Below are positions 12,683-25,675 of a stretch of DNA of 64,000 nt, piece by piece. The notes below the pieces were generated by a model, which searched no databases, had not been told where the DNA came from, and saw only the letters and a list, made by a program, of their open reading frames with translations. The translations under genes and the position numbers were made by a program. The stretch is from the NCBI GenBank assembly GCA_013239625.1, contig MU054187.1:8094358-8158357 (forward strand), in the 5' to 3' direction. Within the stretch, counting starts at the first letter, position 1, and each line of letters opens with the position of its first letter. The stretch is from Lama guanicoe. Taxonomy: Eukaryota.

Positions 12683-14349
12683 CTGCAGCCAAAGGAGTCA
12701 AAGAGTTGTTTTTTTATATTGTCTGTCTTGAAGTCAATACACAGCTCAGCTATTATCTGTCTATATACATTCTACTTTATGACATAAAAATACTAATAGC
12801 AAAAGCAATTAATGCAATTAAACTCCAACATTTCTAAATAATCAAGATACTTAAGATGATAGAAATTTTCATTTTGTTTGGGGTTTGTTTAATTTATTGT
12901 CTGTTCACTTGTTGTTTTAATAAACTGGTTTTTAGAAAGCTGAGAAAGAAATTCTTTTTAGGCAAATGGAGAGTTGGTTCCATTTCCTTGATTCCTTTCA
13001 ATTCCATTTTATAATTTCCTGTTCTTCTCGGCACTAAGGTTACATTTCCATTTTGTAAATATTGTACTGTGTAAATCTTAGACTTCTAATTTTATGCATT
13101 ACTTTATCATTGTAAAATATCTGCAAATGAGTTTTCTGTTTATCTAGGAATCTTAAGTATTTAATATCTTTTTTTTTATGTTATGCTAGCTCTGTTAACA
13201 ATATGGCTCATTATTTAATTCAGAAAGACTTTAAAAGGTGTGAGGCTTGTAACGGCCAGAGCTATAGTGATTTGCATTGACCTAATTAGTTCATTTACAT
13301 GTTGACCTTTAAAACCAGTGAAGTTTTGTAAACCCAACTCATGTTTGTAACTACCGCACTGAAGAGATGTGGAAGATGGGACAGAAAACAGGGCAAGGAT
13401 GACAAAGAAATACCTATGATAAACTAAGGGGAAAACAAAATTGAAGTCATGGATCACCATCTTAATGAATTATATACAAAATCTTCTTAAAAGGAGATGC
13501 ATTTTCATATAAACTTTTCAGAGTGGCCAATCAAACAACTGGACCTTTCTAATTGCTTATTTAGAAGTAATAGTGGAAAAATAAGTATTTAAGCATCCAA
13601 GTTACAGCAGAATTTCATGTATCACATCTAAATTTCTTGAATTATAAACAAGCACTCTGAATTCACTGAATTCTCATAGACTTTGCAAGGACACACTCAA
13701 AATTCAAAATCTTACAGAAAATTTGAACATGTGCACTTTTTTAAAAAATGGTACAGTCTTACACCATTTGAAAAGACACAAAATAAATTCTGCAGTGGAT
13801 CCAGCAGGAAACTGATCTGGACAGATGAGTTGCAATGAATTCCTATGTCTGAGTTACCAGGAATGGCTGCGTTCAGCCACGCCTCAGAATGCCCACCGCT
13901 CCACCCTTCTCTGCTCACCAATCTTCCATTTGAATGTTTTTTTAGCCTCCCTCATTCACCTCTCACTCCTGCCCTTTTTGCCTACTTTTTCACTGAAACT
14001 CCCATCCCAGTGAATCTCCCCTCCACCTCCAGCCACAGACTTAGCACAAAATGCCCTACTTCCAGCAGTTCTAGGCTGTTGGGTCATCCACATGGACTCT
14101 CAGTCTCGCTCCCCACGTGACCCTCTCAGTCAGGGCTGCCTCTCCTCCTGCTCCGCACGTTCCACAGCAGCTGAGGAACGAGGGGCAGCCTGGGAAAGAA
14201 CAGCCAGAATCCTTCTTGTTGCCCCCAGCCCTGCCTCCTTCATAATAATACAGCTCATGTGACGTTCACACTCCTGTGAATATAGGACACCCTGTGTTTC
14301 CATGTCATTATCATATGCTGTTTCTCTAGTCACTTTCCAGAATTCAGTG

Positions 14350-16357
14350 AAAGGCTGAACAACTCACTCGATCTTTCTCTTCAGCTCTCTTCTTGGGCCA
14401 GTTTAGATTCTATGTGGATTACTCAAAAACTTAGATTGAATTCCTGGACCTCCTCAATTTAAGTGCTTTTTGTCTGACTATTTCAGCCACACCTTCTCGT
14501 GGTCTTATTCTGGAATTTGTCAACACCCAAAACTGCTCTGTGGCTAAACTCTTAAGCTCTGCTTTCCAACTCCACATACTTCATGCTCTTCAAACTCTTG
14601 GTGAGCATCTCCATTCCTATAGCTTCAACTTTGAACGAGGCTTAACTTTCCCCCTCAGTTCTACTAGCCTGGAGACATTTTAACTTGGATGCCCCAGGAG
14701 CACTTAAAATGTATCCGAACTCTCGTGAAATTCTATGTGAAGGGGAACTTGTTGGAAATGAAATTTCTGGGGATCTTCCCAGGACCTGGTAAATCAGAAA
14801 CATAGGTTGATTTGGATACATGCCAAAGTCTGAGATTATGTTTTCAGCATCATACGCATGTTAGTGTCATTTTTCCACTTCTAATACCTGCCTCTACTTT
14901 CCTTTCCATAAAAATTATTCTCCTATATTTCAAAGCTCAAATAAATATTATCATCTCTCTGAAGCCTTCCTTGTTCTTCCAGTAGCATCTAGTTGCTAAT
15001 TCTGCTCACCAGTCCCTTCTCTGAACTCCCAAAGGGTGAACTTCTTCACAAAGTGTCAGTGGCGCTCACAGCATACTATCAGTAAGTTACAATAACGATG
15101 CATACTTATTCCCCTCTCATTCAGCGCATGCCTAGTTTTACCTGATTTACCATCTCACTGAAATGGTTGTTCTAAGGTCACCAGTGCTTACCCAAATTTA
15201 CCAAGTCCCCTGGACATCTTTTATTTGTTTAATCCCTGACTTCTTTGGAGCCATTCTGCATGGTTGGCCACACCCTCCTTCATGAAAATCTTTGCCTCTT
15301 GGGCTTCCATGATGACGTCCTCTCCTGGTTTCCCTCTTAACTCAGTAGCCACTCCTCCCTGATCTCTTCTCTAGATTCTAACTCCTCCATTTTCCTCTGA
15401 AATGTGGTTTCTCCTCATGAATTAATTCTTAGTTCTTTCTTTGTTTCACTCAGTGTACTCCCTCACTTACATACTCTTAGTTTAAGAACCATCCAAGACC
15501 CCTAATCTGTGTCTCCAACTTAGCGCTCTCAGAGGCCTGACAGAAACATCTAACCATCTGGTAGATATCTCCATCGTGATGCCTCCACCAGCACCTCACA
15601 CTTAATATACCAGATTCATAGTTTTCATCTCCCCTCCTGTATTCTGGAAACCTTGGCTTTATCATAAGTTCCTCCTGTTAACTCATCACATCTCCAATTT
15701 AAAACATCTTTTAAGTCCAAGAAATGAAAATTTTGTGTCTCGGTGTGCACTTTTTCCAGTAATTCAGTGTTCATTGTCTCATTCAGGCTTCAGCACTGTT
15801 CATCCCCTAGAGGGTCGACTCTTTTTTTTTAGCGCAGCTGCCATCTTCAGCCCCCTTCTCAATCCTTCTTTCACAATGTTTCAAAGCGATTTTTCAAAAC
15901 TACAAATCAGATCATGACATTTCTTTCTTAAAACCCATTAGGAACTTCCCATATCTTCAGAATACAATGCCTTAGCTTATCACTTTAGATCCAAAATGGA
16001 CTATCTCCCACTGATCTAAGCTTATCATCTGCAAAGCTTTGTTCAAAGATGTCACTTTCTTTCAAATCTCCATGTGTCCCTTTGTCCTGTTCTCTATCTA
16101 ACTAATACATACTCGCACTTGAGAAGTACGCCTGGATATCCCTCCAGTGTCTTATTTTATTCTTCTTCTATGCTTCCACAGCACGTTAGGTATAATTTTG
16201 TCATAGTTTTCCATGTTCCTCTAATTTCCTTTCCCCACTCCCAGACTGAGATCTCTTCAGGGCAGGGAATATGTCTTATTAAGATGTTATAGCCCTAACT
16301 CCTAGCAGAGTGCCAGCTTCCTAGAAAAATTTATCAGATGTTTACTGAATGAATGAA
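14350..16357 (+). mobile_element. LINE-2 fragments (RT region to 3' tail)
   Basis: ctaaggtcaccagtg...cttgggcttccatgatgac.tcctctcctggtttccctc are typical L2 motifs. Ends with the L2 tail tttactgaatgaatgaa at ~16341-16357. Confidence 0.8.
14740..14838. mobile_element. MER5A-like hAT-Charlie fragment
   Basis: gaacttgttggaaatgaaatttctgggg...ggacctggtaaatcagaaac resembles MER5A. Confidence 0.55.
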
Positions 16358-16746
16358 GACGTAGTGCAGCAATGCTCTCTTAAGATAGAGCTATAAAGCT
16401 TTCTAAAAGACAAGTAATGCCCAGGACACTATGTTCACTAAGGTAATTAATTAGTAGCCATATCAATGATTTCTGTTCAATTTATTAAACAAATATATGA
16501 TCCCAAATATTACAAGATTAAAATGTGCTGATTGTCTGTATTTTGAGATGTGGATTAGAATGAGGGAATTTGAAGACTTGTTTAAGAGGCTTAAATTTTG
16601 TATTTCATCATGTTGTTTCAACAAAAGTGTACTACAAGCTTTAGTAATTGGTAATAGTTCATTGTTATAAATAAGCAATCAACACTGAGGCCAAAGCACT
16701 AATGTATCAAGGTTAAAGGCAAGCTCTGATCGAGAAGAAACCATTT

Positions 16747-16767
16747 TGTGTGTGTGTGTGTGTGTGT
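16747..16767 (+). repeat. (TG)10 microsatellite
   Basis: Direct reading. Confidence 0.95.
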
Positions 16768-18655
16768 ATTTGTCTGCCTTCAGTAAAGCTGAAACTTAAC
16801 AAGTATTCTAAGAACAAGTATCCGTGTAATTCAAAACAGAGATTGCACTTCCATGAAACGCTGGTGATGCCCCCTCAGTGATGGAGTTCGTGAAAGTCTA
16901 ACAGGGCCCCACCTCCCCCCAACGCTACCTAGAAAAAAAGTTGTGAGAAGAGTCTCATGGTTAAAGTCTGTCCCCTTTCCAACTGCCAGCAATGAGTACA
17001 TTTAAATTTCTCACTTGTACTTGGAACAGGGCTACGGATTAAATAGATACGAATCAGCCAATATTTACGGTACTTTTTGGCTACTGAGAATTTAACAGTG
17101 AAAAAAAAATTGTTAAGAACACAATCCTCATTGTAACATGGAAAACAGGACTTGATTTGAATAACTAATGCTAAATCACATACTTGATTATTTCCTAGAG
17201 CTAGTGTGTTTCTAGGACCACCTGTCCATTACCTGCCTGTACTCCAGGATGGTCATCTGACTCACACATCACACCAAGGGGGTCAAATGTGTGAATACTC
17301 AGCCACTTAAGTTGTAACAAAATTTTGCTATATGTCCTGTTTTGTAGATATTTACCCACAAAGTTTTAGCAAGACTTAAACTTGCGCTTTCTCATTTTAT
17401 TAGAGAAATGATAAATTATTAGATTCTTTCTTACCATTGAGTATCACCTCTTTAATCGATTCAGAGGTAAGGAGCAAAGAGCAGTGATTCCAGTACTGGA
17501 AACTAGGACATATAGAAAGAGGAAGAGATGCAGTAAAGCTAATGTGCATCCACATTAACCTCTTCTTACTTTGCAAAATGGGTAACCCATTCCCTGATTT
17601 GGGACTGCTTTTTTTCCTGAGTTCATGACGCCCAGAATGCCCCTGAGTTCAGAGAAGCATCTTGTATAGGTGTCCCACTGGTCTCCAAAAGGTGGAAGTC
17701 TCTGTATGAGCGATTACAGAAGTTCAAATAGAATTTTTTAAAAGTCAGCCCTTCTCTGGGCAGGGGGGAGGCTCTCTCAAAGGTCAGTTTCTTCATGCTC
17801 AAGTTTGTAAAGACCTCTTCATTACAGCTTCTGGTTATATTTAGCACTTCTATGCGGTAATATTAAACCAAAACAGGATAAAAACAAATTTCAAGTACAA
17901 GACCTTTACAGTCAGGATCACCAACTTTATACTCAAGGCTATAAAAAGCAAACTCAGCTGTTATTTTGTCTCTCATATCCATAGACCATGAATACTAAAT
18001 AAACACAATAAACAGGTGGATGTGGTATACTATGGCATTGATTCAAAATATACTCTTTCACTAAAAGTAAATAGCTACATATTAACCATGTACAACCCTG
18101 GAACTCTTTCTAATGGGAGTTCTGAACACAGTAGAAAGGAGACCACTCTAATAGCCGTGGGGACTACTGAATTCCTACGTGACACCCACCACCACAACCA
18201 GTCTGCAAGGAAAACGAATGCGTGGAAATAAGACCCCACAATTGGAAGGGTCCGGATTTCTCAGGGTTTTAACTCTAGAATTAATTCACAGCATTTTCTT
18301 CTGAAAGAAAAGGCCTCAAAATGGTTATATCCATTGGATACATCATGGGAAATACATCAACAGGACTTCAGTTCAGGACAATCCAGTCAAATTAGCTAGA
18401 GGAGAAGAGCAAAGGAATCCCAGCCGTCTCCCTTCTCAGCCCACAGAATCATTTCTTCATTGGCCACAATTCCTCTTATCCACTTCCCCTTATCCACTTC
18501 CCTTTCACAGACTTTTTTTTCTATAACTGCTCTTGTCATGTGGGTACTGCTTCAGAGGGGGTGCAGAAAATAATGGAAATGAAGTTAGACCCAGTCACAT
18601 CGCAGTTGGTTGGTAGCTCCAGATTTCAATGGGGAATGAGGTTAAAATCACTTAC

Positions 18656-18769
18656 CTTAAAATGAGTCTTGCTAATTAACTGTAAAATTTAATTGTCCAT
18701 GCTTTTCCAGCTCCCAGTTACCAAGGCTAAACAAAGGTTTGTTGTATTTCTTTGATTATCCATTTCTTC
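18656..18769 (-). other. Candidate 114-nt internal exon, non-coding or stop-containing
   Basis: Strong acceptor ccttttttcttctcctcccccaacag|GAAG and perfect donor AAG|gtaagt. Stops occur in all three frames. Confidence 0.5.
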
Positions 18770-19004
18770 CTGTTGGGGGAGGAGAAGAAAAAAGGCGCAT
18801 TTGCATTTTAAATTTCAAAAAATTATAATAACCCTCTTAAACCTTTATAAGTATCTTTTTAAATGTAGCATCCCAGCAGCTATAAACTCAAAGTAAAAAA
18901 AATAAAAAGTAAAAGCTCCCTGCAAATAAATACTTTTTCCCCAATAAGCAATGTTCTACTTATAATTTTTATTCATATATCAAATATATGGTCTTTAGTT
19001 ATGC

Positions 19005-19150
19005 TTTTTTAAATTTTATGTATTATTATTATTTGCAGGAGAGATCAGTTGGTTTACTTATTTATTTACTTTTGGAGGAGGTACTGGGGATTGAATCCAG
19101 GACCTTGTATATGCAAAGCAGGCGCTCTCACACTTGAGCTACACCCTCCC
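19005..19150 (-). mobile_element. tRNA-Ala-derived SINE, camelid vic-1-like
   Basis: Minus strand reads gggagggtgtagctcaagtg...aggtcctggattcaatccccagtacctcc (A and B boxes), followed by an AT-rich tail. Confidence 0.85.
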
Positions 19151-19659
19151 TCTAGTTGTTCTTAAGCCCTAAAAATCTGTCCTACTAAAGTCTTACTTGG
19201 CCCAGAAAAAAAAAAAATTAAGGCATCAACTTTACTTCTGGAAATCTTATGTAATTCTTAAAATATCACAATCAATTTAATTTTTGAGGAGCCATTAGTA
19301 AATAAATAAAATGAATTTAAAATACTCATTCAGTAATCCATTGTCTAAGTAAGCTATTGACCAAGCTACTAGCATCTGATACTCAAACAGGCAGCCCTCG
19401 AACACCTTACAAATGAGCCCAACCAAGCAACTGGGTTTTCAGCTGTACAAACTGCTAGAGGCCAAGTCAACACAGGAGGTAAAGAATATTTCACTCTGTT
19501 CTTGTAGGAGCTAGTCAGGAGGAATGTTGGAGATACCGTATGGTATTCAATTCAATTCTGTTTAATTCAATTCAACACATATTCAGCACCTCCTGTCTGT
19601 AGGGGCCGAAAGGGTGGATTACATTTGATGTTTGGAAAAGACTTGGAAATCACCTAGTC

Positions 19660-19868
19660 CATTGGGCTTCAAGCTGCCTTCCAAGGCAGTGCCCGCAGAG
19701 CCCAGAGAGAGGTGACGGGAAGGTGAGACCCAGCGGGTGCTGAATCAGCTCCCTTCCCTCTTCAGCAGGAGATGCTTTGCTTTTAACTGTTTTATATATC
19801 GCAGTACCAAATAATACTTTAATTCTAAAAATATTATTGTTATTTTAAAAAGGTTTGAACAATCTCTT
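19660..19868. mobile_element. hAT-Charlie non-autonomous DNA transposon (MER102/MER112-like) nested in a MIR
   Basis: TIR-like ends cattgggcttcaa...tttgaacaatctctt. Degenerate 8-bp TSD acctagtc/atttagtc. MIR sequence resumes with tacagatgaggaaacagag. Confidence 0.6.
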
Positions 19869-22449
19869 ATTTAGTCCATTCCCCAAAACGTACAGATGAG
19901 GAAACAGAGACAGACAGAGTTAAGTCACTGATGAGGTATTCATAAATACTTAATGGCAAAATTAGAAGCTCCTTTTCAGCACAGTTTTCAAGTCACCACA
20001 GAGTCACGGAGCCTAGATCAGTGCCTTGTAAGTGTTAAGAGTTTAAAAAAGATTTGCAGTGATGATATAGGAATATATATATATATAATGTTATATATAT
20101 CAATTATATCCAAGAGATTCTATCTTCTTCTTCCTTATAGCACATTGCAAGAGTCTCATTTACAGAAAACACACAATGGAAACATTATATCAATTATATA
20201 TATTCTCAGGCTCATTCCAAGCCTTAGGAGAGGTAAAATGAAGGGCATGAAACAAGTATAGAATATGAGATCAAAAGTTTAAATTTAATGGGAAAGCAAA
20301 GAGAAAAACTCCAAGAGAAAAAAAGGAATCGTGGTTGCATTGCAAATGGAATGGAGAATAATGAAATGAGGAGTGAAAGACAAAGTGAGGGCAGAGATGG
20401 GGACAAGAATAAGAAAAATAATTTATTTCAGGAGGAAAATAATATTAATGTCCATAATAATAATAATGACCAAAATGTAAGTGAATATCAGATATGCACA
20501 TGTCAACACATTATCTGGAAAATTTCTAATTCAGCCACTTTTAGTTGACAGTGTGATTTGATTCAACAATTATTTGGCGTCTACTAATTTATCATGCTTA
20601 CTTTGTTAAGATAATGAACAAAGTAAACAGAAAGCCCACTTCCCAAAGTATTTGTCTTTATGTGTTATCATATGTTTCAGATATTTTGTATAACAACCAT
20701 TTTAATGATCTAGTAGCTGTAAAACATGCACATTCTGCTATTTTCCAGTTGAAACGGACATGCACAGCACCCGATTCTGCTAGAGGTGGACCTTTGTGAT
20801 GTATTTGGCTGGATGGCAGATGTACTTGGTATCTAAAGAACAAAGGAAAACTCTATGACTCATGCTGGGATGTTGGACCTCAGACTTTCACCTCATTAGC
20901 CTGAGTTAAGTAGCTTCATTTCCCTACAGGGACCTATGGAGAAACTAAAAATACACCCTAAATTTTTTCGCAGGCTTCAAAGAACAAGAACACCGTCATA
21001 AGTACACATAATTCAAAGCAACCTAAAGGAAATTCGGTATGTTATTCACAATTTGCAAATCCTAGATGTCAAACTACCATGAAGTAACAAATGGGAAGAT
21101 AAATAAATATGGTTTATTATTGACCCCCACCCATTCTCTCACCTTGGCATCAGCCAAACTGCCTGTCTACCTGACCTCTACCACTTAGGTAGATGTTTCT
21201 ATGGTTGCTGATAAAAATAATTATTTTCAGTTCTTCTAGTTACCCACCTTTCACCTTGAGATGGTCTTGTTCTGAAATACTCAGAGGAGGTAAATAAGAT
21301 GGTAACAAAATATTAACAATGCTAAAGGTGGTACCAGACAATGATGTGAAATATAAGGAAAAGGTATTTTAAAAATTAAAAAAAATGACAGTTTGAATTC
21401 TAGGTTTATATAATCTGAATCGTAGAGGAACATTAAAATGAAATGTTACACCTGATGAACATTATGCAGCAAGGGGAATTCAAATACGCATTGCAATATA
21501 TTAGCTTACACTATAGGGGGAAAAAGCAAAAGAAAAATTATGAGCATCACAAAGGCACAAAGCTCACTTTAAGTAACTGAAAACAATTGACGAAAGTTAT
21601 TCATAATTATTGCAACTCTATTTCTCAGTGGGTGATCATGCCTTGGTGGCCTATTTTGTTTAAAGCCAGATTGATATTTAATACCACTGTAGTGACACGT
21701 CTTGTTAAAGACAGAGTGTAACAGGATTGTCCAGAAAGTTTCTTCAAATTACAAACCTTTGTTTTTATCTGAGGCATCCCATTCAGCTACTCATTCGTCA
21801 CAGAGCAGCAATTTTTAAATATGTTACATTGTGTCATAATAACATGATCCTTTGTTGTAGAGGAACAGGTATTAAGTCCACTGGAGAGGAATTCTTTATG
21901 AAACTATATGGTATTTCCCCACCTATCCCTAGTTCAAACTTTTAAATAAGAGTTTGATAAATCCTCTTGAATCAAGAAAACATTTTTCTAATATCTCTCA
22001 GGAGACTTTTAATTTCCTATATTTCCACAGTTCTCTAGCCAACAGCCCAGATAATAAAATGTATGTTCATTAAATTCATGGCAAAAATAAAAAAATAAAA
22101 AAATTAATTCATGGCACCAAGTTGGGCATACGGTCTAATACTTTGAGAGACAGAATTATCATTTCAAATGATCTCAACACCTTGTAGAGATCAGAAACAA
22201 AAGGTAAAAAGAGAAATTCAAATTCAGAAGGCAAACCCAGTTCCATACAACCAGATGTGAGCACGGCGGATAAGTGGACAGGAGATGATTCTGGTAGAAC
22301 TTTAGCCATGGTGCTGGAGAATTAGGAACTGAACGATACGGTAATGAATGCAGGAATCATTGAGCAATCTATTATTGCACCTGCGCAGGGTTGGGTCTTC
22401 CATATCAAGATGATATTGGAAAGTTCATCCTTTAGAGAAGTATCTAGAC

Positions 22450-22671
22450 CAAGGGGTGACTAAATGCAGCCTGAATGCCAAATCCAGTCTACTGCCTGCT
22501 TTGTAAGGAAATAAAGTTTTATTGGAATACAGTCACACTCATTCATTTCTGTACTGTCTTTGGCTACCTTTATGTCAAAATAGTGGAACTGAGCAATTGT
22601 TACTGATTGTATGTCTCACAAAGTACTTATTTGCAACCTGGCCCTTTACAGAATAAGCTTTTCAGTCCTTG
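22450..22671. mobile_element. MER58A-like hAT-Charlie DNA transposon
   Basis: gccaaatccagtctactgcctg...aataaagttttattggaatacagtcac...tggccctttacagaa. TSD atctagac/gtctaaac. Confidence 0.88.
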
Positions 22672-22899
22672 GTCTAAACAATGCATATGCACCAACATTA
22701 TCTTTGGGAAAACAGGCTTGGTAAATTTTCAGAACTGTTCCAATGACAAGATTCCACCTACAGAAGCACTTCATCGTTCATTTTGCTACAGCATTCCTCT
22801 ATTTCACTTCATAAATTTCAGATTTTCTCTTCCTTCATATAACACAAAAGAGATATGTCTTACTGAGCCAAGAGCATTAACTTTGTGATAAGTTCTGAA

Positions 22900-24195
22900 T
22901 GATCTTTAGTTGGATTCTCTCTTCTCTAATTCTTGTCATTATCCCAGTCAATTCTAGCATTTATGTAGATGATACATTCAACTTTATAGCCTCAAAACTC
23001 CTTGACTTATCTCCCAAACTCTTGCTCACCTTTTCTGAGACATTTTTGTTCATTTACAAGATAGAAATGACCTTCTTCCCTCATCCCAGTATGTCATGCA
23101 CTTCTGCGGTAACTCTGGATTTTGCTACCCCTTGTGTCTGTCTCACCTCTGGAATATTTCACTCCCCTATTTTACACTCAGGTCACAACTTACATCCTCC
23201 TGTTTTCTCAGTCCCTCACTTTCACTTCTTTGGCTCACAACTCACTAAGACATAAAATACATTTAGATCCTCTATTCTTTTCCAGTCTCTCATCCTTCGT
23301 AGCCTCCAGTATCACATCTCCTATCTTGCACAGACATCACACTCCACCATAAAATATTTACCACCAAATGTCAGTTTGCCACATTCACCACAAATCCTCA
23401 CTCTGGAGTCACTTCAAACACCTACCTGCTGGGGATGGGCACCAAAGACAGCCTCTGTAAGAATGGACCCAGCAGACGGGCAACAGATTTGGGGGACAGA
23501 CGATATAGTAGGTGTATTTTTTTTTCTCTAGCCAACTAATTCTCTGTGTCCTAAGTTTGTTACTGTTGGTCTACTAATAACATGGGTGGTAAATTCAGAT
23601 TCATCGTTGACTCTTTCCATACTCTTACCAATTAAATTAAGTGGTTGCAAAGTACTATCAATATTGACATTGGTTGATTCCTTTGTGTTTCCCCTGTTAT
23701 CAGTGAAGTTGAAGGTTTTATCACTTAATATTTAAATCATTGCAAAATATTCTAATTCATTGCCTTTTCCTTGCCTCCTACCCAACATTGCCAGATTCGA
23801 TTTCTTAAGGTAATACCTTGTTCATACCTCTGTCACACTCAAAAGTCTCTGATGGATTCCTTTTGCATTTAGAATTAATTTCATGACCCTTGGCCTCATA
23901 TCAAGAAGCTCCAGCATGTGCTGAATAGCTGTGCTCCAGTGTGTAACTACCCATCACGGTCTTGTGTATTACCTGTACTTTTTAACCATTCCACAACATC
24001 CTTTGCATTTACTTTTCTGAACTTCATGCTTCGACTCATGCTTTTCTGCTACCTGAAGTGCTCGCTCCACCGTTTCCTCGCCATCTCTGCCTTGTGAAAT
24101 TCTTCCTGTCCTTCAAAGACCCTTCCAAAGGTGGCCTCTTCTATGAGGCACTTTCCACTCCTGAACTGCTTCTCTCACCTCCGTGTCCCTATCGC
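22900..24195 (+). mobile_element. Degenerate LINE-2 fragments
   Basis: Pyrimidine-rich L2-like motifs such as ctcaaaagtctctgatggattcc and cttctatgaggcactttcc. Confidence 0.5.
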
Positions 24196-24199
24196 CCCT

Positions 24200-24363
24200 T
24201 GCTACACAAAGCGTGCTCCCTGGACCAGCAGCATCCCCTTGGAGCTAGTTAAACTGCAGCATTGTGGGCGGCATCCTGGACCTGCTGAGTCCAATTCTGA
24301 ATTCAAGGGGAAAAAAAGAACCCCTAGGTGATTCACATGCACATTAAAGTTGGAGAGGCCCTG
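24200..24363. mobile_element. MER5A-type hAT-Charlie element
   Basis: caaagcgtgctccctggaccagcagcatc...ggtgattcacatgcacattaaagttggaga. Confidence 0.85.
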
Positions 24364-24442
24364 CGAGAGTGCAGCTGCCATGTGGCAGCTTGTATGATGG
24401 TGCCTTGCATGACTCTATATAGTAATTTTAGTTTTTAAAAAA

Positions 24443-24662
24443 AGTTAGAGCTTTGGAGTGAAATAAACCCTCATTCCAGTCCTGATTCCATCTACCTACG
24501 TTATGTTTGGGAAGTCACTTAATTTCACTGAAACTCAGCTTCCTCCACAAAAATGGAGACAATAACAACACAACGTGAAGGGGGTTGTGAAGATTAAATG
24601 ACATTCCTTTTGTGAAAGCACATTGCACGGGACCTGGCATATAAGACTGACAAATGTTGATG
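24443..24662 (+). mobile_element. Near full-length MIR SINE
   Basis: gctttggagt...gggaagtcacttaatttcactgaaactcagcttcctc...ggttgtgaagattaaatga...cctggcatata. Confidence 0.9.
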
Positions 24663-25258
24663 CTTTCCTTCCCATCCCGCTAGAGCAACATTTCTTAGAG
24701 GGGAGGAGTTGGGTCTCACACACTTTTTAGGCTCTCCCATCACTCAGGGCAGCACGGGCCCCTCGGAAAGCAAGCTTCAAGAAGGCACAAGTTCTGCCCC
24801 TTGCTGACGGCTCTGCTCACGCCTGGATGTGCTCAGTGAGTATGTACCGAGGGGAAAAGAGGCTTTATCGTGAATGATGATGGCTGGAGAGAGGCACTGC
24901 AGTCAAGGACCTACCAAAAAAAAAAGTTTAGAAATCATAGATTACTTAGTCTAGAAAAGAAAAGGCCGGGATAACTTGAATAACTGAATTCTAACATAAA
25001 TGTATTAAATGAAGAAGAAATTACTATTCCTCAAGATGTATACAAGAGAACTACGTGACTTTCTGGACCTTTGTATCCACAGTACCACCATTTATTTGAG
25101 AGAGAAGAAGACACATAGAAAGTACAGTCACAACAAGCCACAGGTCTGACATTTCTCACCCTCTTGGGTTCAGTTTCCCAAATGTACCTGTGGGAGGCAG
25201 GGCTGAGTTGAAGTTACCTGTGAGGTCAAGGGAAGAGGAGACAGTCGATTTTCAGTTG

Positions 25259-25675
25259 TTTTTTTTCTTTATTCAATTGAGTTATAGTCAGTTTACAATG
25301 TTGTGTCAATTTCTGGTGTTCAGCACAATTTTTTAGTCATACATGAATATACATATATTCATTTTCATATTATTTTTCACCATGAGCTACCTCAAGATGA
25401 TTTTTTAGTTTTTTAAGGTAATCTCCATTCTGTTTTCCATCATGGCTGCACCAAACTACATTCCCACCAACAATGTAGATAAACAACAAATTTCTACTGC
25501 ACAGCACAAGGAACAATATTCAATATCCTGTAGTAACCTATAATGAAAAAGGATATGAAAAGGAATATACATATATATATATTTACATAGGACGGAAATA
25601 TTATGCTATACCCCAGAAATTGATGCAACATTGTAAACTGACCATACTTCAATAAAAAATAGTTTTAAAAAAGAG
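25259..25675. mobile_element. Composite of two young L1 3' ends in opposite orientation plus an inverted ORF2 piece
   Basis: 25259-25398 is a minus-strand L1 3' end, 25399-25478 a minus-strand ORF2 3' fragment, and 25479-25675 a plus-strand L1 3' end with aataaa and an A-rich tail. Confidence 0.88.

Noticed and set aside
19075..19150. tRNA-Ala gene
   Set aside because: The stems are degenerate and an AT-rich tail is attached, which indicates a SINE head rather than a tRNA gene.
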